IMG/VR virus record: IMGVR_UViG_2609459820_000011
Coordinates: 1-29,824 of that record
DNA: 29,824 nucleotides
Reading direction: 5' to 3' (one strand)
Source: a virus
Taxonomy: Duplodnaviria > Heunggongvirae > Uroviricota > Caudoviricetes
The first letter of the stretch is position 1, and each line of letters begins with the position of its first letter. The notes beneath the pieces are model-generated. The model did not search any database, was not told where the DNA came from, and was given only the letters and a program-made list of their open reading frames with translations. A program made the translations under genes and the position numbers. Below are positions 25,419 to 29,824 of this stretch, piece by piece.

Positions 25419-25928
25419 GTGGCTACGCAGACTGAAGTTGCCAGGCATTTAAGTCTGACCGATCGCCAGCTTCGCAGATTGCAGAAATTGCCGGGTGCCC
25501 CGATATCGAATAAGCGAGGGCAACTGGATCTGGATGCCTGGCGCGATTTTTACATATCGTATCTGAGAAGAAGTAAAAACGATGTGCCTGATGGCGATAG
25601 CGAAGACGACTATGAGGAGAAATTGCTTATTGCCAGATGGGAACTGACAGCAGAACAGGCTGTTACACAGCAGTTAAAAAATGAGGTGTCAAAAGGAAAA
25701 CTTATTGATACCGGGTTCTGTATTTTTGCCCTCAGCAAGCTGGCAATGGCGTTATCCAGTACGCTTGATTCCATCCCTTTATCCATGCAGCGACAGTTTC
25801 CTGATTTAACACCGCGCCATCTTGACCATCTGAAAACCCTTATTGCGAAGGGGGCAAATCAGTGTGCGCGGGCGGGGGATAAATTACCGGATTTACTCGA
25901 TGAATATATCAGAGCAACAACTGAATAA
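25419..25928 (+). CDS. nu1: Terminase small subunit, lambda Nu1-like
   Basis: GTG start; C-terminal region GFCIFALSKLAMALSSTLDSIPLSMQRQFPDLTPRHLDHLK...LLDEYI parallels lambda Nu1. Confidence 0.85.
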   Translation: MATQTEVARHLSLTDRQLRRLQKLPGAPISNKRGQLDLDAWRDFYISYLRRSKNDVPDGDSEDDYEEKLLIARWELTAEQAVTQQLKNEVSKGKLIDTGFCIFALSKLAMALSSTLDSIPLSMQRQFPDLTPRHLDHLKTLIAKGANQCARAGDKLPDLLDEYIRATTE

Positions 25929-27828
25929 TATGATGAGTGCTGTCACAACAGCATTACAGCCCCTGATAAGGGCATTGCCGGTGACGCCAGTTGAATGGGC
26001 TGATCAAAATTATTATCTGCCTAAAGAATCTTCATATGGTGAGGGAGAATGGAAAACGCTGCCGTTCCAGATCGCCATCATGAACAGCATGGGGAATGAT
26101 CAGATCCGGACTGTTAATCTGATTAAATCTGCCCGTGTTGGCTATACAAAGATGTTGCTGGGGGTGGTCGGGTATTTTATTGAGCATAAATCCCGAAACA
26201 GTCTGCTTTTTCAGCCCACGGATTCTGCCGCTGAAGATTTTATGAAGTCTCACGTGGAGGCGACGATTCGGGATGTGCCATGTCTGAAAGACCTTTTTCC
26301 ATGGCTGGGGCGTAAACATCGTGACAATACCCTCACGCTGAAACGCTTTTCATCGGGTGTGGGTTTCTGGTGCCTGGGCGGCGCTGCCGCCAAAAACTAC
26401 CGTGAAAAATCCGTGGACGTGGTCTGCTATGACGAACTTTCCTCGTTCGAACCGGATGTCGAAAAAGAGGGTTCGCCAACCCTGCTTGGGGATAAACGTA
26501 TTGAGGGCTCTGTATGGCCCAAATCCATTCGCGGCTCGACGCCTAAAATCAAAGGCACCTGCCAGATCGAAAAAGCGGCCAACGAGTCGGCGCATTTCAT
26601 GCGTTTTTATGTGCCCTGCCCACACTGTGGGGAGGAGCAGTATCTGAAATTTGGCGATGAATCCACGCCTTTTGGCCTTAAATGGGAGAAGGACAGCCCC
26701 GAAAGCGTTTTCTACCTCTGTGAACATCATGGCTGCGTGATCCATCAGTCTGAGCTTGACCAGAGCAACGGGCGGTGGATCTGTGAAAACACGGGGATGT
26801 GGACCCGTGACGGTCTGACGTTTTTCAGCGCCGCGGATAATGAAATTCCGCCGCCGCGCTCCATCACGTTCCATATCTGGACAGCGTACAGTCCGTTCAC
26901 CACCTGGGTACAGATTGTCTATGACTGGCTGGATGCACTGAAAGATCCCAACGGCCTGAAAACCTTTGTGAACACCACGCTGGGCGAGACCTGGGAAGAG
27001 GCCGTGGGCGAAAAACTCGATCACCAGGTACTGATGGATAAGGTCGTGCATTACACGGCGGCGGTGCCTGCCCGGGTGGTTTATCTGACGGCGGGCATTG
27101 ACTCGCAGCGAAACCGTTTTGAGATGTATGTCTGGGGATGGGCACCGGGAGAGGAAGCTTTTCTGGTGGATAAAATCATCATTATGGGGCGTCCTGATGA
27201 GAAAGAGACGCTGTTACGTGTGGATGCGGCGATCAACAAAAAATACTGCCATGCAGATGGCACCGAAATGACCATTTCCCGTGTCTGCTGGGACACCGGG
27301 GGGATCGATGGCGAAATTGTCTATCAGAGGTCAAAAAAACACGGTGTTTTCCGGGTGCTGCCGGTAAAAGGTGCATCTGTTTATGGCAAGCCGGTGATCA
27401 CCATGCCAAAAACCCGCAATCAGCGGGGCGTTTATCTGTGTGAAGTGGGGACGGACACCGCAAAAGAAATTCTCTATGCCCGTATGAAAGCCGAGCCCAC
27501 GCCTGCGGATGAAGCCACGTCGTATGCCATCCGTTTTCCTGATGATCCGGAGATTTTTTCGCAGACAGAGGCGCAGCAACTGGTCGCGGAAGAGCTTGTG
27601 GAGAAGTGGGAAAAAGGAAAGATGCGTCTGCTGTGGGATAACAAAAAGCGGCGTAACGAAGCGCTGGACTGCCTGGTGTATGCCTACGCGGCATTACGTG
27701 TGTCCGTGCAACGCTGGCAGCTTGATCTGGCTGTACTGGCAAAATCCCGGGAAGAAGAGACGACCCGGCCAACCCTTAAAGAACTGGCAGCGAAGCTGTC
27801 CGGAGGAGTGAATGGTTACAGTCGCTGA
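25900..27828 (+). CDS. A: Terminase large subunit, lambda gpA-like
   Basis: Extensive similarity to lambda A from memory (WADQNYYLPKES, KSARVGY.KMLLGV, FWCLGGAAAKNYREKSVDV, CPHCGEEQYLKFGD, WDTGGID, RRNEALDC). Confidence 0.95.
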   Translation: MNISEQQLNNMMSAVTTALQPLIRALPVTPVEWADQNYYLPKESSYGEGEWKTLPFQIAIMNSMGNDQIRTVNLIKSARVGYTKMLLGVVGYFIEHKSRNSLLFQPTDSAAEDFMKSHVEATIRDVPCLKDLFPWLGRKHRDNTLTLKRFSSGVGFWCLGGAAAKNYREKSVDVVCYDELSSFEPDVEKEGSPTLLGDKRIEGSVWPKSIRGSTPKIKGTCQIEKAANESAHFMRFYVPCPHCGEEQYLKFGDESTPFGLKWEKDSPESVFYLCEHHGCVIHQSELDQSNGRWICENTGMWTRDGLTFFSAADNEIPPPRSITFHIWTAYSPFTTWVQIVYDWLDALKDPNGLKTFVNTTLGETWEEAVGEKLDHQVLMDKVVHYTAAVPARVVYLTAGIDSQRNRFEMYVWGWAPGEEAFLVDKIIIMGRPDEKETLLRVDAAINKKYCHADGTEMTISRVCWDTGGIDGEIVYQRSKKHGVFRVLPVKGASVYGKPVITMPKTRNQRGVYLCEVGTDTAKEILYARMKAEPTPADEATSYAIRFPDDPEIFSQTEAQQLVAEELVEKWEKGKMRLLWDNKKRRNEALDCLVYAYAALRVSVQRWQLDLAVLAKSREEETTRPTLKELAAKLSGGVNGYSR

Positions 27829-28018
27829 ACTACAGGCGCTACGTCAGGCGCGCCTTGATTTATTAACCGGTAAACGGGTGGTGTCTGTCCAGAAAGATGG
27901 TCGCAGAATTGAATATACGGCGGCTTCTCTGGATGAGCTTAACCGGGCGATCAATGATGCGGAGTCGGTACTGGGGACAACCCGACGTCGCCGTCGTCCG
28001 CTGGGAGTGAGGTTATGA
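27812..28018 (+). CDS. W: Head-tail joining protein, lambda gpW-like
   Basis: LTGKRVVSVQKDGRRIEYTAASLDEL parallels lambda W; GGAGGAG RBS. Confidence 0.85.
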   Translation: MVTVAELQALRQARLDLLTGKRVVSVQKDGRRIEYTAASLDELNRAINDAESVLGTTRRRRRPLGVRL

Positions 28019-29607
28019 AACGAACGCCTGTCCTGATTGATGTGAACGGCGTTCCGCTTCGTGAGAGTCTCAGCTACAACGGGGGCGGCGCAGGATTTGG
28101 CGGGCAAATGGCGGAGTGGTTGCCACCGGCGCAGAGTGCCGATGCAGCCCTGCTGCCTGCGTTGCGTCTGGGGAATGCCCGGGCAGATGATCTGGTGCGC
28201 AATAACGGGATAGCGGCTAATGCGGTGGCCCTGCATAAGGATCATATTGTCGGGCATATGTTTCTGATCAGCTACCGTCCGAACTGGCGCTGGCTGGGGA
28301 TGCGGGAGACTGCGGCAAAAAGTTTTGTCGATGAGGTGGAGGCGGCCTGGTCGGAATACGCCGAAGGGATGTTTGGCGAGATCGACATGGAAGGGAAACG
28401 CACGCTCACGGAATTTATCCGTGAAGGTGTGGGCGTTCATGCGTTTAACGGCGAAATCTTTGTGCAGCCGGTCTGGGATACGGAGAGCACGCAACTGTTT
28501 CGTACGCGTTTTAAAGCCGTGAGTCCGAAACGGGTGGACACGCCAGGACACGGTATGGGGAACCGTTTTCTGCGGGCCGGTGTGGAGGTCGATCGATATG
28601 GTCGTGCCGTTGCGTACCATATCTGTGAGGATGATTTTCCTCGCTCCGGGAGTGGACGATGGGAACGGATCCCGCGTGAACTTCCCACCGGGCGTCCGGC
28701 CATGCTGCATATTTTCGAGCCGGTGGAGGACGGGCAGACCCGTGGGGCCAATCAGTTTTACAGCGTAATGGAACGGCTGAAGATGCTCGATTCCCTGCAG
28801 GCAACACAGCTTCAGTCGGCCATAGTGAAGGCGATGTATGCAGCGACGATTGAAAGTGAACTTGATACCGAAAAGGCCTTTGAATATATCGCCGGTGCGC
28901 CGCAGGGGCAGAAGGATAATCCGCTTATTAATATTCTGGAGAAGTTCTCCACCTGGTATGACACGAATAGCGTGACGCTGGGCGGTGTCAAAATTCCGCA
29001 CCTTTTCCCCGGTGATGATCTGAAACTTCAGACCGCGCAGGATTCAGACAATGGATTTTCGGCGCTTGAACAGGCGCTGCTGCGGTATATCGCCGCCGGT
29101 CTTGGCGTTTCCTACGAACAGTTGTCCCGTGATTACTCGAAGGTCAGTTATTCAAGTGCCCGCGCATCCGCCAATGAGTCGTGGCGCTATTTTATGGGGC
29201 GGCGAAAATTTATTGCGTCCCGGCTGGCCACGCAGATGTTTTCCTGCTGGCTGGAAGAGGCACTTCTTCGGGGGATTATTCGTCCGCCACGGGCACGTTT
29301 TGATTTTTATCAGGCGCGATCAGCCTGGTCACGGGCTGAGTGGATTGGAGCCGGAAGAATGGCCATTGACGGGCTCAAGGAGGTTCAGGAATCAGTGATG
29401 CGCATTGAGGCCGGACTGAGCACGTATGAGAAAGAGCTGGCGCTGATGGGCGAGGATTATCAGGACATTTTCCGCCAGCAGGTCAGGGAATCTGCAGAGC
29501 GGGAAAAAGCCGGACTCTCACGTCCGGTGTGGATAGCGCAGGCGTATCAGCAGCAGATAGCGGAGAGTCGCAGGCCGGAAGAGGAGACAACACCACGTGA
29601 GACGTAA
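28015..29607 (+). CDS. B: Portal protein, lambda gpB-like
   Basis: 530 aa; position and size match lambda B; GGGAGTGAGG RBS. Confidence 0.95.
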   Translation: MKRTPVLIDVNGVPLRESLSYNGGGAGFGGQMAEWLPPAQSADAALLPALRLGNARADDLVRNNGIAANAVALHKDHIVGHMFLISYRPNWRWLGMRETAAKSFVDEVEAAWSEYAEGMFGEIDMEGKRTLTEFIREGVGVHAFNGEIFVQPVWDTESTQLFRTRFKAVSPKRVDTPGHGMGNRFLRAGVEVDRYGRAVAYHICEDDFPRSGSGRWERIPRELPTGRPAMLHIFEPVEDGQTRGANQFYSVMERLKMLDSLQATQLQSAIVKAMYAATIESELDTEKAFEYIAGAPQGQKDNPLINILEKFSTWYDTNSVTLGGVKIPHLFPGDDLKLQTAQDSDNGFSALEQALLRYIAAGLGVSYEQLSRDYSKVSYSSARASANESWRYFMGRRKFIASRLATQMFSCWLEEALLRGIIRPPRARFDFYQARSAWSRAEWIGAGRMAIDGLKEVQESVMRIEAGLSTYEKELALMGEDYQDIFRQQVRESAEREKAGLSRPVWIAQAYQQQIAESRRPEEETTPRET

Positions 29608-29824
29608 TCTTTCACACATTATTGCCGCAGCATTCAATGAACCGCTGCTTCTGGAGCCCGCCTATGCGCGGGTTTTCTTTTGCGCGCTCGGGCGCGAGAT
29701 GGGGGCAGCAAGTCTTTCGGTACCGCAACAGCAGGTACAGCTTGATGCTCCCGGGATGCTGGCTGAAACGGACGAGTACATGGCCGGAGGTAAACGACCG
29801 GCCCGTGTTTACCGGGTGGTGAAC
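29597..29824 (+). CDS. C: Head maturation protease/scaffold, lambda gpC-like (5' part only; continues past the window)
   Basis: My own translation from GTG 29597 (NLSHIIAAAFNEPLLLEPAYARVFFCAL...) parallels the lambda C N-terminus; overlaps the portal stop. Confidence 0.7.
   Translation, partial: MRRNLSHIIAAAFNEPLLLEPAYARVFFCALGREMGAASLSVPQQQVQLDAPGMLAETDEYMAGGKRPARVYRVVN

Noticed and set aside
26350-27051. 233-aa minus-strand ORF antisense to the large terminase gene
   Set aside because: Embedded in the terminase large subunit gene, which matches lambda A along its length; a shadow ORF
27844-29001. 385-aa minus-strand ORF antisense to the portal gene
   Set aside because: Lies entirely inside the well-supported portal CDS on the opposite strand; Arg/Pro/His-rich composition is typical of an antisense read-through frame in GC-rich coding DNA; no RBS
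1-29824. CRISPR arrays, IS elements, integrons
   Set aside because: No spaced direct-repeat arrays, transposase-like ORFs or terminal inverted repeats were found on scanning; the only repeats are the short operator sites, the 12-bp candidate iterons, the 21-bp duplication and the cos-region motifs

Overview
This window is the left two-thirds of a lambdoid prophage, probably from E. coli, running from the integrase at the left edge to the head genes at the right edge. Order: int-xis and a leftward early-left accessory operon (all minus strand, including two Ea22-like paralogs); a cI-type S24 repressor flanked on both sides by a shared GATAC-N4-GT(A/T)AC operator family; a rightward early operon with two Rha-family regulators, an O-like initiator, a DnaC-like loader and a DnaB-type helicase; a DUF968 gene interrupted by an in-frame amber codon; a Q antiterminator (QuuD-like); an intact NmpC/OmpD-type porin on the opposite strand; a truncated DNA methyltransferase remnant; tRNA-Ile2(CAU) and tRNA-Arg(UCU); a NanS-p-type sialate O-acetylesterase; a phage-21-type holin, SAR endolysin and Rz/Rz1; a lambda-like cos site; and lambda-like Nu1, A, W, B and the start of C. 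No CRISPR array or IS element was seen. The candidates for undescribed cargo are (1) a convergent two-gene insertion between holin and endolysin, (2) an AT-rich cargo segment at the stx-equivalent position between the tRNAs and nanS-p, (3) four small hydrophobic peptides, two of them paralogous, between endolysin and Rz, (4) a self-contained accessory operon in the early-left region, and (5) a hairpin-rich, probably non-coding region between the two Rha genes. All family assignments were made by eye from the translations and remembered motifs; no database search was run.
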